Assembly: GCA_000165425.1 (NCBI GenBank)
Contig: CT868671.1
Location: 315,027 to 379,026, forward strand
Source of the DNA: Paramecium tetraurelia
Lineage: Eukaryota
Direction: 5' to 3'
DNA length: 64,000 nt
Part shown: in pieces, positions 13,531 to 29,794 of the stretch
Position numbering within the stretch: position 1 is the first letter of the stretch
How the letters are laid out: each line of letters opens with the position of its first letter
The notes under the pieces: model-generated
What the model saw: the letters and a program-made list of their open reading frames with translations, nothing else
Databases searched by the model: none
Told to the model about the DNA's origin: nothing
Program-made: the position numbers and the translations under genes

Positions 13531-14209
13531 ATGTTAAAGAGAAACTCCCATCGTCAATCTGACAATTAGTTAAGATATTCGTCATTGACTAAAAATGATG
13601 AATCAGAGTTTAATCTAGGAAAATTTCGGGGGAGTGTCTATTCAAAGATGTAGCAATTAGGCAATTAAGAGTAATAGTCTTATGTGAAGGGTACTGTCTC
13701 AAAAACTGCTAAATCTTCATAAGTTTAAGAAATGAGGGGAAGGTATAAAACAGATTAAGTTTAGTGTTCCATCATTTGAAGATATTTTTAAAAAGATGTA
13801 TTCATACAAAGACAATTCACATAATATATTGAAACATGATGGATCTTTGAGGTCTAGTATTTAATGCAAAATCGAGCAGTTTGCCGAACCACCCTAGAGC
13901 AGATTATCCTAGAGATCAGTTGGGATGACTTTGCACATTTCTAATCGATTTGCATCTTAAACTAAATTGGATTCTAAATAGCAATCTACAGGGAAATTCA
14001 CTTCAAGTTTTATGGAAAAGCCTATCATTTCTTAACCGCTGAAAACAAGTCTTATCGATAAATTGCCATTAAAAGAACTATCTGATATTAGAAATAGACT
14101 TGAAGGGAGTACATAGAGTGAAGTATAATAACTGTCCAAGAATTATGTGTCTGAATTGGTGAAATTGGCACAAATCATAAATAAATAAGTGAGAAGATGC
14201 AAATTATGA
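13531..14209 (+). CDS. Hypothetical protein with conserved C-terminal helical motif
   Basis: MLKRNSHRQSD..., one intron, ends LKELSDIRNRLEGSTQSEVQQLSKNYVSELVKLAQIINKQVRRCKL-TGA. Confidence 0.75.
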
Positions 14210-14219
14210 TATTATTAAT

Positions 14220-15758
14220 ATGTTATAATCTCATGTTAATGGAACCATAAATCAAGAGTATAAAAGAGTGGTAGAGAAATACTAGAGGTATTTGAATGAA
14301 AGATCTAAATTAAAACATCAATCTAATGATAAGTTAAGTGCAGCAGTCCGAAAGATATATCTGAATCCTCTCCTTCCTTCATTATAATCTGATCATTAAC
14401 AATCTACTAATCGAATACGGAAACGGCAATCTTTATTGTTAAAAGAGCAATATTCGCATTTTAAGCAAGAATCTGTAGAGTAGATAAATGCAAATCTCCA
14501 ATTATCAATTGCTAATCATAATTCAAATTCAGTACCCAAAAAATAAAATCACTCACAAGCCAATCTTGAAACACCACAATAGCAAAGTTTTTTTATTGGT
14601 TTATATAAAAATTAGAGGATTGAAAATTAATGCAAAAACATCACCATTAAGGATTTGGTATAATATAACAAAAGTTCATAAGAACAATTATAAAATATAA
14701 CACATCTGCCATAGTTGCAATAATAGGCATCAAATGAAATCAATCTAAGTAAATATTTTGTGAAAAAACCAAGGCCAAAGAAGATCTCTTTTGATGAAAT
14801 CTCATTTTCTAATAAATGGGAAAGAGAAAGAGGAAGCAATTTAGTGAGGATTGATAAATTACAAGTAGAAGAATTTTCAGAAAATGTGGTAGAATATCTC
14901 TTAAAGTAAGATATTATGAGATTATTCTTTTAAAATTCTAGTGTTCTATAATTGAAGGCAATAATGCTAGAACTATTTAAAGGAGTTTATTATGAAAGTA
15001 CACTTAATTTTGAATCAATTATAGAATTCTTTACAACACAATAAATAACATATTTGGAAATATTTTATATAAAGTATTCAATCTCTTAGATCTTGATTAA
15101 TGCTAATTATAATTATATTTTTGTGGAAAGAGCTCTCAATTAATTTGAAGAATATCGCTATCTTTTGTAAAAGCCAATCCCATTTATTACTAAATTATTT
15201 GATAATACATTTTACTCCAATGTTGTCAAGGGAATTATGATGAAATTATTGAAAAGTCCTGCTTACAATAAGTTCATGACTAATTAGAAGTACGAAAGCG
15301 AATCCTTCATATATGCAGTTAAAAATGGCTTATTTCCATATTTGGTTGGAGAGTATGTAGGATTGCCTCTGCATGCAAGGGTTAAAGATGTCAAAGCTGA
15401 ACAATTCAGATAACAAATCTTATAACCATACATAAACTAGGTTTTTGTGATTCAAGTAAAAAATCTATTGAATGAGTATTTTCTTGATGAGTTTTATATT
15501 AAGGAAGTAGAAAGGAGATTACAATTTCCAAAACAAGGTTAAGATTTGCCAGAAGAAACATATTTTCCTCTTCATTATATATAATCTTATTTACAATGTA
15601 AGAATACTATTATACCATCATATGATATCAAGGCTATGATGAGGTTAATAAAGATTAATTCAAGCTAGTTGGATTCGGATTCAGATGTATTTGCAGAGAA
15701 TATAAAATATTTGGATTAATTCGAATAAATGAAAGAAGAATTGCAACTATTTAAATGA
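14220..15758 (+). CDS. Hypothetical protein (~512 aa)
   Basis: Code-6 ORF from MLQSHVNGTINQEYK to TGA at 15756-15758; length divisible by 3. Confidence 0.75.
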
Positions 15759-15761
15759 TTA

Positions 15762-16312
15762 TCATTTTTTTTATTCTATTCTATATTGTTCTACAGTTTT
15801 GATAAACTTCTTATATTAGGTATTGTCTAAATTAGAGATACCTTCATATGTAAATCCACATCTTAGAGCAACATTTGCACTTTTCACATTTTCTACTAAA
15901 CAATGTATTATTAGAAGATCTAATCCAAGAACTTCGAAGGCATGTTTTAAGAGTGATTAGCAGGCTTTTGTAACGATTCCTTTGCCTTAAAATTATTCAT
16001 CGACCCAATAAAATATCTTGACATATTGAAACATAATACTTCGGCTTAGCATGTGAAATTTTCAATACAGAAAGAGTGTAAGCCAATTTAACCACAGTGT
16101 GTATTGTCATAGCATATAGTAAATCTTTTGAGTTCAAGATTTTAGAAATCACCATAGATTCTGAGAAGATATAGAAAATAATCATTTGTATTTTTAATGT
16201 TGGGATAGCCTTCTCCAAAGCTTTCCAAATAGGCTTCATTTTTTTGGATCATTTTGTAATCCTAGGCTATTCTGTTTTCAGTTAATGGAATGAGAGTTAC
16301 TTATGAATTCAT
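15762..16312 (-). CDS. GNAT N-acetyltransferase, RimJ/RimL family
   Basis: AEIFYWVDEQFQGKGIVTKACQSLLKHAFEVLGL...ENVKSANVALRCGFTYEG; one 23-nt intron. Confidence 0.9.
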
Positions 16313-16345
16313 TTAAGGGAGTGGATATGTTGTGAAAAAATAATA

Positions 16346-19941
<3,596 letters not shown>

Positions 19942-19972
19942 ATGAATTATATAATATAAGATAACTTGCCAT

Positions 19973-22355
19973 ATGATTAGTTTTCTGTTGTTTTGTATTG
20001 TCAATGCCATTGATGTTAGTATTTCAAATATGGATAGTGCTATAATAGATATCGTCTGGTGTGGTGCTCATAATAAGTCAAATGACAATGTACTCAATCA
20101 ATATCTCATTTATTTAGATCTTAGTTATGAGTTCAAAAGGAACAATCTATTTAAGTCAGGATAACGGAGATGATTGGTAGAAATTGGCAGAAGTATTCCA
20201 TAGAAAAGGATTGCTTGTATTATAAGATGAAAATGAAAAAGTAGGAGTAGTAAATAAAATATAAAAAAGTCCAATAGACCCACAATTAATAATATTCTTA
20301 GGAACAGAATTTGTAAATTGGATATCTCCTGATTGTGGACAAACAATAAATGCAATTTATACAGGCAGATAAATGAGGGAATTTCAATTTCATCCTTCAC
20401 GTAAAGATTGGATATTGGCATCTTCATGGTCAAAATGTCAAATGAAATAAAAGGATTGCTTTGTAACTAAGGACCTTATGGTTAGTTAAGATATGGGTTT
20501 AAATTGGGAAGTTATTGCTAAATATGTAAATTAATATTCTTGGGGATTTAAAAGTCCTAATAATGATGTAATCCCAGAGTAAAGAATAATGATCACTTTG
20601 GAGCCAAACGGAAAAGGACACTAATAATTGTCGGGTTGGAACATGAAGACCCATTTATTTTATAGTGATGATTTTATGAAAACGAAAACGATGTTAGTTA
20701 ATTAAGGCAATAAATTTCAATTAACTCCTAATCACGTATTTGTAGCTTAAGTTATGAATTCTTCCAATTAAGAGGTAACATTACTTGTATCAGAATCTGA
20801 TCAATATGAATACAATTTCAGATATGTCCAAATGCCAGACATACTTAAAGATCATAGTTACACCATAGTTGATTCCTAATATGGAGCCTTTATCAACATT
20901 AATCATCTGAAACCCAGTTCGATTATGGGTACAACCTATATATCAGATTCAACTGCTTCTAGATATAGGATCTCATTAAATTACACAGTGAGAACTGAAG
21001 AAGGGTAATGTGATTTTGAGAGAGTATTGGGTTTGGAAGGAATTTACATTGCAAAATGTTTATGCATCAGAGTAAGCAGAACTATATTAATCTGAAATTG
21101 ATGAGGACTCTCCAAGAATCAAAGAGAGTGATTTAAGTAAATTTAAATAAACTAAAATTACTTTTGATAAAGGAAGTAGATGGTAACCATTGACACCGCC
21201 TTAAGTAGATTCAGAAGGTAAAAAGTTGTAATGTGATTCTAAATCATGTTCATTGCATTTGCATTCAGTTTCTACAAAAATGTAATTCGGTCCATTTTAT
21301 TCAACCAAAAATTCAATTGGTTTGATATTAGGAACAGGAAACATTGGAAAATATTTAAGTTATAGACCTGATCAAGTGAATACTTATATGTCAAGAGATG
21401 GAGGTTTAACATGGTTTGAAATAGCCAAAGGATCTCACATTTATGAAATTGGGGATCATGGAGGTGTCATTGTATTGGCAAGTGATCAATAAGCTACAAA
21501 AGTGCTGAAGTATTCATGGAATGAGGGATTGACTTGGGAAGTATTCTAATTTAGTGAACACCCAATTGAAATCACTAATATCATAACTGAACCATCTAAT
21601 ATTGGTGCTAGATTTATCATTTATGGTACATCAGATTTATTCATAAATGAAGAAAATATTGAATAAGGTAATATTGTTAAAATCGATTTTTCTTAAATTC
21701 ATGGCAGAGAATGCATAGGAGAAGACTCGCCATCAAGTGAGAATAGTGATTATGAGTTATGGTCACCTACAGGTAAGATTAATCCAGATTGTTTAATGGG
21801 AATGAGAGTAGAATATGTGAGAAGAAAAAGAGATGCCAAATGTTTTAATGGAGAAGATTTACAAAGATAACATTCAGTTCAATATTGTTAATGTACTGAG
21901 GAAGATTGGGAATGCGATCTCAATTTCCATAGAGAAAACTCTGATCCAAATGCAAAATGTATTCCCTATGAACTTTATGAATAAAACTTCGAGGCTCCTG
22001 AAAATTGTGAAGATTATTATGAGGTTACTAGGGGTTATCGTAGAGTGGCAGGCAACAAATGTTAAGGTGGGGTTGAATATAATCCAGTCAGTCTATTATG
22101 TCCTGGATTCAAATTTTGGAAATTCAGAAATGTAAATGTCATATCATTATCTAGATTTGGGACTTTATGTTAATATGTATCTTTGCAGCTATCATCTATT
22201 TTATATATAAGAATAGACATCATTTCTCTAAGAGAAAGGATCATACAAAGGAACAATAGTAATCAGCAAGGGCATATGGATAAAAAATGGTTGAAAGGGG
22301 ACTCGGATATAGAGAATTTGATGAGGATTTAATTGACGAGAATCAAAATGTGTGA
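19973..22355 (+). CDS. VPS10-domain sorting receptor (sortilin family)
   Basis: Signal peptide; BNR repeats (SQDNGDDW, SQDMGLNW, TFDKGSRW, SRDGGLTW, SWNEGLTW); 10CC region CQCTEEDWECD; TM helix and short tail. Extra A near 21054. Confidence 0.93.
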
Positions 22356-22522
22356 ATATATATCATTCTATCATAAATATTGTTATTATATAATTCATAT
22401 ATGACACTCGTTTTAAATTTATTATCAATTTAATTAATATGTTATTTTTATATATAATTCAACTCAAATATTAATAATTAATTGTTAAATATAAAATTAT
22501 AATTCAAAATTCAAAGGACAAC

Positions 22523-24628
22523 ATGAACGAAAATGAAAATATCCTCCTTTCTGATAACAGTTTCAATTAATAAAAGTTTTGTATTACTCCATCAAAACCT
22601 GAAAGGAAAATAAAAGAAAACTACATTTTGCAAACTCCTATAACTCCCAATGTATAAAGAACTTTATTCACTAATCATAAAAATCTGTCTGCTTCAAAGT
22701 TTATTATTGACGAATAATTGGTTGATTAGTAAATTTCTTAAATTGAAGTTGATTAAGCGGTCGAATTGATCTAAGAAATTTGCTTAAGATTTAATCTCAC
22801 TTTTTCAAAATTTTCAATTGTTTCTTAAGATGTAATTAGACTCATCTATTTATTTAAAGAAATTAAAATGATTTGTACATATCCTATTGAAAAACTATAC
22901 GATTTTTTAAATGTAGTTTAAATGAGATACCCAAGTTCAATAAGTTTAGTGGTTTCATCATAGAAATTACCAAGCTTGTCATAAATCAACGACATCTTCG
23001 AATTGAGGTAGATAAAATAAGGTTTAGTGAACATTACATATTTATAATTATATCGTCGAGATTCAGATACAATAATGCAAATTTTAAGAAGTCTAAATGT
23101 GAAGTAAGCATTCTATTTTGACGATGTTGAATAATGCCGATATTTGCTTTCTGATAATATTAAATAACATATAGTCTGCAACAGAGGAGTCTTGCCAGCC
23201 ACAAACATACAAGAATTAAGAAACTATCTCTCGATATAAACATCATACATAGGACCTACTTTAGATATTGGCCATATTTAAAGTGAATACAAACCAAATT
23301 ACTAATTAAACAAAGTAATTTTTATGGATTCAGAAAGTTTTTCCAGGATGCTTACTAGATTAGAAGAATAAAATTTATAAAGTGTAGCTTTGAAATTTTC
23401 AAACAATAAAAACATTACAGCTTTCGAAGATTTCTGCATTAACAATTAGATCACTTGTAAATACCAAGCTATTTCTTCTTCTGCAGAATTGAAAACCTAA
23501 TATGAAGTGTTAGTTCACATAGATTAAGTTAGCAGTTTGTAGGCTTATTTGAATGATTGTGCATTTTTGAACAAAGATTGCATAAGCATAGTCTATTTAT
23601 CCAAAGAATAATATTTGTTAAAAAGGAAGTCTTTGTTCTTTTAATAAACAAGTTTAGAATTATTGGAGGCAATATATAATCAAATGTGTACAAATTAAAA
23701 TAAAGTCAATTTGAATCAGATTAAATAATCATTTATGATTGATAATCCAATGAAATTAATGAATATGTTAGAAAAACATCAATTAATTCAAATTGATACA
23801 GTGATACCATTGAAATGTTCAGTATCTATTGACACAATGGCAGACACAAACTCAGAGTAAATCAATTAATTAATAAAATACATTAAATTGCACAGTAGGA
23901 GAATAATATCCTTAAGAAAGGATGTCAGTACTATAAAGCATTTTGAAATAGATCTGGAAGATGTATCGAAATTCATGAATAAGCCAATAATAGAATTGTG
24001 TATTTAGATTGAATCAAAAAACAAGGTATTTTTAGAACCTGAATTTTATGATTTTTTGATAAATTACTAGATTACTGATCATTAATTACATTTTGCGAAT
24101 AATAATAAAATGAAGAATTAATTGTTTTAATGTGCATAGGATATAACAAAAATTAAATAATAGCAAATCTAAGAATTAGACATTTGGTTTTGTCTTGGCT
24201 AAATGTTAAAAATATCATCATTGTCCAAATGTGTAAACTACTATTCAAATTAATAAAAGTTTGCTGAAATTGTTGATAAATATTTTACAGCTGAAAATAA
24301 GTTAACAGTAGGTGAATTATTTCAACATAATCATATAAAGTATATGCCAATCAAAACTATTGAAGGGTTGAGAGAAAAAACAAAAATAATTACAGATATC
24401 AGAAAGATCTATCAAACCATTTAAAAAGAGAATGATCGAGACATTTAACATAAAATACCTATAAATAGGAGAGTACATTACGAATTGATGAAACAGTATC
24501 TATCATATGATTTGGATCAACTCTCGGATTTAGTTAATTACTACATTGATTAATAGAATAAATAAACATAGAGATATAGAGTAAAGGGATGGCTATTAGA
24601 TTTACCAATTAAAAAAGTGAAGTATTGA
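22523..24628 (+). CDS. Hypothetical protein (~700 aa)
   Basis: MNENENILLSD... long code-6 frame to KKVKY-TGA; no family recognised. Confidence 0.7.
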
Positions 24629-24673
24629 TGATATAATCATTATTTCTTTTATATATATATTTATATTTTAATA

Positions 24674-25005
24674 ATGTCAAAGAATGTTAAACAGTTACTT
24701 TAAGATCCAAATTACACAGTGCCCCTAGATGTAATCAAAAGAGAACTCAGTAAAATACCTGGAGGGGATGATGTATAAGATTAGATTTGAATTTAGAAAT
24801 ATAAAGAGATTCAATAAACATTATTGCCTTTGTTGATGGATGGAATTGAGGAATTATCAAAGGAATTGGAAACAATGATACAGAATCCTGAAAAGATTGA
24901 TCCTGAAGAAAGAGAACGCTTTAATCCTTGCATTTATTTGGGGTATGTCAAGAGTACTATTTTTATAGATAATATTTAATGAGAAACAATCCAAAGTAGT
25001 ATTGA
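24674..25005 (+). CDS. Small Dpy-30/RIIa-type dimerization-docking domain protein (EFCAB5-like)
   Basis: LLPLLMDGIEEL...RFNPCIYLGQYLMRNNP; two short introns. Confidence 0.75.
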
Positions 25006-25043
25006 TTAATATAATAATATATTAATTAAATATTTAATTTTAT

Positions 25044-25272
25044 ATGATTAGAAGAATCTTTTGGAATGTCAAGAATTCATTTTTTGGAGCAGGAATGCTT
25101 ATTTTGATTCCAGTACAATTCATGTATTTCCCAGTTTTACTAGGAGTCCCAACATATGCAGCAACTGTATTGTAATCAGGTAATAATTAACCTTAAAATA
25201 GGCTTAACATATTATGACGAATATGATGGAGATGTCAATGAAGGAAACTATTATAAAACCAAGAGTGCATGA
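25044..25272 (+). CDS. Small (~68 aa) membrane protein
   Basis: MIRRIFWNVKNSFFGAGMLILIPVQFMYFPVLLGVP...YYKTKSA-TGA; one 22-nt intron restores frame. Confidence 0.65.
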
Positions 25273-25522
25273 TCATTATAAATCAAATAAATTATTCAAG
25301 CATTATTTATATCATTTATGTAATTGCTCTCTCATAGGCAATCTAAATAAAGCATTCACTTTTTTATATAATCATTCACAATTTAATCAAAAAGAAACAA
25401 ATCATTCAATAATTATTGCTACATGGATAATGTCATGCTCATTGAAGATTGATATAAAATTATTGCTCAAACAATAAAATAACATTTTTAATATATAATA
25501 TATAATTGTAGATTGTTATGGT

Positions 25523-26208
25523 TCATTTGTAAACCTTACTAGATGTGTTTTTAAGCACTTTCCCTATATTCTATTATAAGGCAATAAGTTCTTATAAATA
25601 TGCACTACTTAATTAAGTAGCTTCCGCTTACTAAACATCTTGAAGATGGTTTGAAATTCTGATTATTTCTGCAAGTGTTGCTCTTTCTGTTACTGCCTTA
25701 TTCCTTTTCATATCAAGTAAATCTGACATTGGTTTGGATGAGGAGTATTACTCTTTTTTAGAGGATTAAACTTTGACCTTTTCCTTATTTATTGCAGAAC
25801 CAAATGCACTTTGATAATTATTCTTAATTTAAATATCATCCAATGGATGATACTATTTCTGACTCGGAGAATAAATTGCACGAGTTAAACCCATTTTAAT
25901 AGGAGATTCTTATTTTGGAAACTTATTATCCATAAGATTCTTTAAATGAGTAGCAGATTATCTGTGCGATAAGGGTTGATTAGAATTCTTTTCTTCTTGA
26001 TTCTTAAAATTATAAAGTAATTCGCTTTTTTATATAAACTTCTGATTCTCAAATCCCTAGACTTTTGAATAAACCTTATCTCTAATGCCCTTTTTAACAT
26101 CATTCCAATTTTATGAATCGCTACTGTTCACTGGAATAGTAAATTGGGATGGTGAGTTTTAAAGCTAATGTTTATGAATACTTTTACAGTTGTTTAAGAA
26201 TATTTCAT
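25523..26208 (-). CDS. Hypothetical protein with conserved C-terminal helical motif
   Basis: MKYSQTT, 23-nt intron, ends LAEIIRISNHLQDVQQAEATQLSSAYLQELIALQQNIGKVLK...-TGA. Confidence 0.75.
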
Positions 26209-26696
26209 TTACAGTTAAAAAATATTTTTTATTATATTTAATAATTTTAAATTCTTTGTCGTTTTCAAAATTATCTAAAAATAATAGTGGTGATAAAATT
26301 GACTTATCATAATAAAGGTCACTTTTAATTATGACACCATTTACTCATCATTGAATATTAATATAACATTAAATGTTTATAATTAAAATTAGATTAAAAC
26401 CATTGATTTTTAATAATTTTATATAAGTAATTGATTAATAACAAAATATGTTTGTACATCTAGAATTATAAATATTAACAATGCTACTTTTGATATAAAC
26501 TTGATAATCTCTAGTTTAAGTTAATTGATTTTAGTTTCAATCAAGAAGGGGCATTTTTGGGGGTTATTCTAGAGATTTGAGAAATGGGTTGTAATTATTT
26601 TATTAGATTTTATAAAATTGTTATCTAATATTTGGATAGTTAATCTTTTTACTTTTGAGTAGTGATATTTGGAATATAATAAGTTAAAGATAATTA

Positions 26697-27485
26697 ATGC
26701 AGGAGGAGTAATCTAAAAAAGTAGATCCTATGGAAGCATTTAGAAAAAAAGAGGATTATAGAGAGGCATGTCAGAAATTAGATGGGTTGCACTCTTAAAA
26801 TAAAGAAAATGATGAAACTAAATATTTGATGCTATTCAAGAAATAAGAAACTTCCCGAAAGGATTTGTGTGTAATAATAAGAGTATATAATGGGAATATG
26901 TTATGGATGTAAAAAATTGATAGAGCAGCATTAGATGAAATGATTTTAAAAACTGACATCAAAGGAACTTATTCATCCTTTTGTGAATTAATCAGATTTG
27001 CGATTAGTGAAAATTCATATGATTTTGTTCAATTCGAAGCTCAATTAGATATCGTTCTATACTTCTCCCTCCAAAGGCATGTTTAACTAAAAGGATAAAT
27101 ACCATTAGATTAAGGACTGCCAATAACAAATGATGAAGACACTAGAAAAATACAATTTTAATTTGTTTGCGATTTAGTCGATGTTTTAAAAGCTACTCAA
27201 TTATAATTTACAAAAGAAATTGAAGTGAATACAATTAGGAAGAAAAAAAATGAATAAATGATAGATGTAGAGTAACCACCACTCCAAAAGCCTCCTCCTC
27301 CACCAAAGAAAAACTTACTTACTATTGGTTAAGAGATTTTGACCACTCCAGAAGTAATACTGCCAAGAAAAGGTCCTTATGGTATACCCTTTTATGGGAA
27401 CCAATATGTATAATTTCCTTCAAATGCCGATTTAGTCAATCCAAATAAAAAAAAGAGAAAAACAAATGGGGGAAAAATTGATTGA
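26697..27485 (+). CDS. PAXX: PAXX-like (XRCC4/XLF/SAS6 superfamily) NHEJ accessory factor
   Basis: 789-nt ORF; head-domain pattern RVYNGNMLW...IDRAALDEM...FCELIRFAI, short coiled coil, Pro-rich linker, C-terminal NADLVNPNKKKRKTNGGKID similar to human PAXX ESLINPGFKSKKPAGGVDF. Comparison from memory, not a search. Confidence 0.65.
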
Positions 27486-28417
27486 AATTTAATATATATA
27501 TTTACGAATAATTATAATTATTATAAAATATGATCAAGTAAAAATACTTTAAATAATTTACAAAAGACTTAAATTGAATTATCGAAAAGTCGTAGAAATT
27601 ATTATACTCTATTTATGATATTATACTTTATTATGAGATTGAGAACATAAATGAATTTCATTGTTAAGGATATCTTTATATAAAAAATATCTCAATTCTT
27701 ATACATTAGATGAAGTCATTCTTAGAGAATTTAAAAGATAGAAACATTAATGAAAGATAGATATTATATAGAAAAAATAATTAAACTTTTATAAGATCAT
27801 TAATATGTAGTTAAATAAAAATAGGAAATAATATTCAATATATCAATTCATCTAGGATTTATATAAATTAATTTCATACATATAATGAATGTATTTCATA
27901 TTATTATAACTAAATATTCATCAAAATTTATTGTATATTGATATTAACTATTATTAATTTTATTATTATTCTTAAGGCTTTTTCTCTAATTCAATATAGA
28001 ATAAGATACCTTTAAGGTTCTTTCAAGGTATGGAGTAAAAGATGATAAACTCTTCTCATGTTTATTAAAGTAAAATGGCAGAATTGCTACATTATAAAAA
28101 CTATAATATCTATGTAGAAATACATATAGAATGTTGTATTATTTAAAATTATCTATATTTCTAACAAGATTGTTTGGAGCAAAGAAAATGCTAGTATTAA
28201 TTATTTTTCTAGGAAATAATGAATATTGTATATAAATATTGATACGAATATGGAGGTTTCAGTGAGTCAAATTCAATAAAACTACGGTTAGGATTAAGAT
28301 AATTTGGATTGCAATCATTGCTATTACATAGGGCTTAGTGGTTGCTAAAAGCGGATAATGATCATCATCTGTCATAGAGATTTTTTATTTATATTAATTC
28401 ATTATTAAGCCCCTTAC

Positions 28418-28425
28418 CCGTTTTT
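28418..28425 (+). promoter_or_regulatory. Candidate promoter element CCGTTTTT (copy 2)
   Basis: Starts 34 bp upstream of the trichocyst matrix gene ATG at 28452. Confidence 0.35.
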
Positions 28426-28451
28426 ATGGAAATATTATTAATTTTATTGAC

Positions 28452-29676
28452 ATGAATAAGTTCATAACCATAGCTTTGATTGCCTTAGTAAGTGTTTAAG
28501 CCTTGGATATCGATTTCGCTCTCCTCTTGCAGGTATGAATTATGAATATATTAAAAGACAGGATCAGAATCAAATGATGCTGTTTAAGCCGTCTATGATT
28601 TATTGAATGATTTGAAAACCAGCAACATTGAAGCTCAAGGTGTTGCAGATGAAAAGAACATTTCCGATGAAGAAATCGGATAAGGAAGAATTGCTGCTCT
28701 TTCCAAAGTTAATGAATTAAATCAAAAAGCCTGGGCAAGTGCTAAGGCCAGAAGAGAACAAATTGGTGTTGAATACAGAGTATTTTGATTTAATAAATTT
28801 CAGGAAGCAACAGACTACATTGCATGGGCAACATAAAGATTAGCTGATATTGATAGAAGAGAAGTTGAACTTGAAGAATTGAGATGTTTCTCAAATGGAT
28901 TGTTTGTCAGAGCTATCAAATAACATAATGATGCTTTGGGAGTCATCAAAATATTGAAGAATGATTTAAGGTATGATTGATATATTAACATCTAGCGGTT
29001 ATTTAACAGGAGCTCCATCATCAATGGTTGAATTGAAGGTTGAGAATGTTGCTGACAAATTGAAATAATACAGTCAATTGTTCAATTAAGATGCCATGTC
29101 CAAATTTGCTCAATTAGCTGCTGAATAAGCTTCTGGAAATGCTGAATTACATGCATTAGGAGAATCTGATGCTTCTACTAGTGGAGAAAGACAACCAGGA
29201 GTTAACGTTGGATAACTAGTTTATAACGCCTTGAGTGACTTAGAAGATCAATTAAGAGCTGCTCTTGCTGCCTTAGAACAAAATGAAATAGCTGGATATT
29301 ATCAATTGGCTGATTGGTTGGCTGATTCTGAAGCTGAAAAAGTTCACCTTTAAGACGAAATTCAAAGAAAAACTTAACTCCAAGATAAGTTGGTTGTGGT
29401 AATGCTTTTCCTCTATAATTCTTTAGTAAGAATAAGCTGCTCTTGCAGTCTAAGCCAAGGCAAATTCAGTCTTAAAAGATTCATAGAATGCTATTAATGC
29501 TGCTACTGCCAGTCTATACGAATTGAGAGATCTTTATGAAACTGAACTCAATAGAAGAAATGGTATTTAATAATTTCATTATTTTAGAGGAAAATGCTAT
29601 TATTGATGAAGTCATTCACATCTTCAAATAGTAAGTTTTAGAAATGGCTAACTAATCCTCCTATGGCAAAAAGTGA
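28452..29676 (+). CDS. Trichocyst matrix protein (TMP/GRL family)
   Basis: Signal peptide MNKFITIALIALVSVQA; LLQTG processing-type motif; two acidic heptad coiled-coil halves (AVYDLLNDL..., RCFSNGLFVRAIKQH...); five short introns. Confidence 0.85.
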
Positions 29677-29794
29677 TTATGACATATAAAAATTATCAAT
29701 TTAAACTGAAACAATTAGTCTCATCTTTTATATTAATAAATAATTATAAAAAAACAAACTTAAAAAATGGTTTGTAAATATTTTTAATGATTTT

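Noticed and set aside
27880..28375. Minus-strand frame MTDDDHYPLL... with one internal TGA (possible selenoprotein)
   Set aside because: No redox motif around the TGA and no SECIS recognised; more likely eroded or non-coding sequence.
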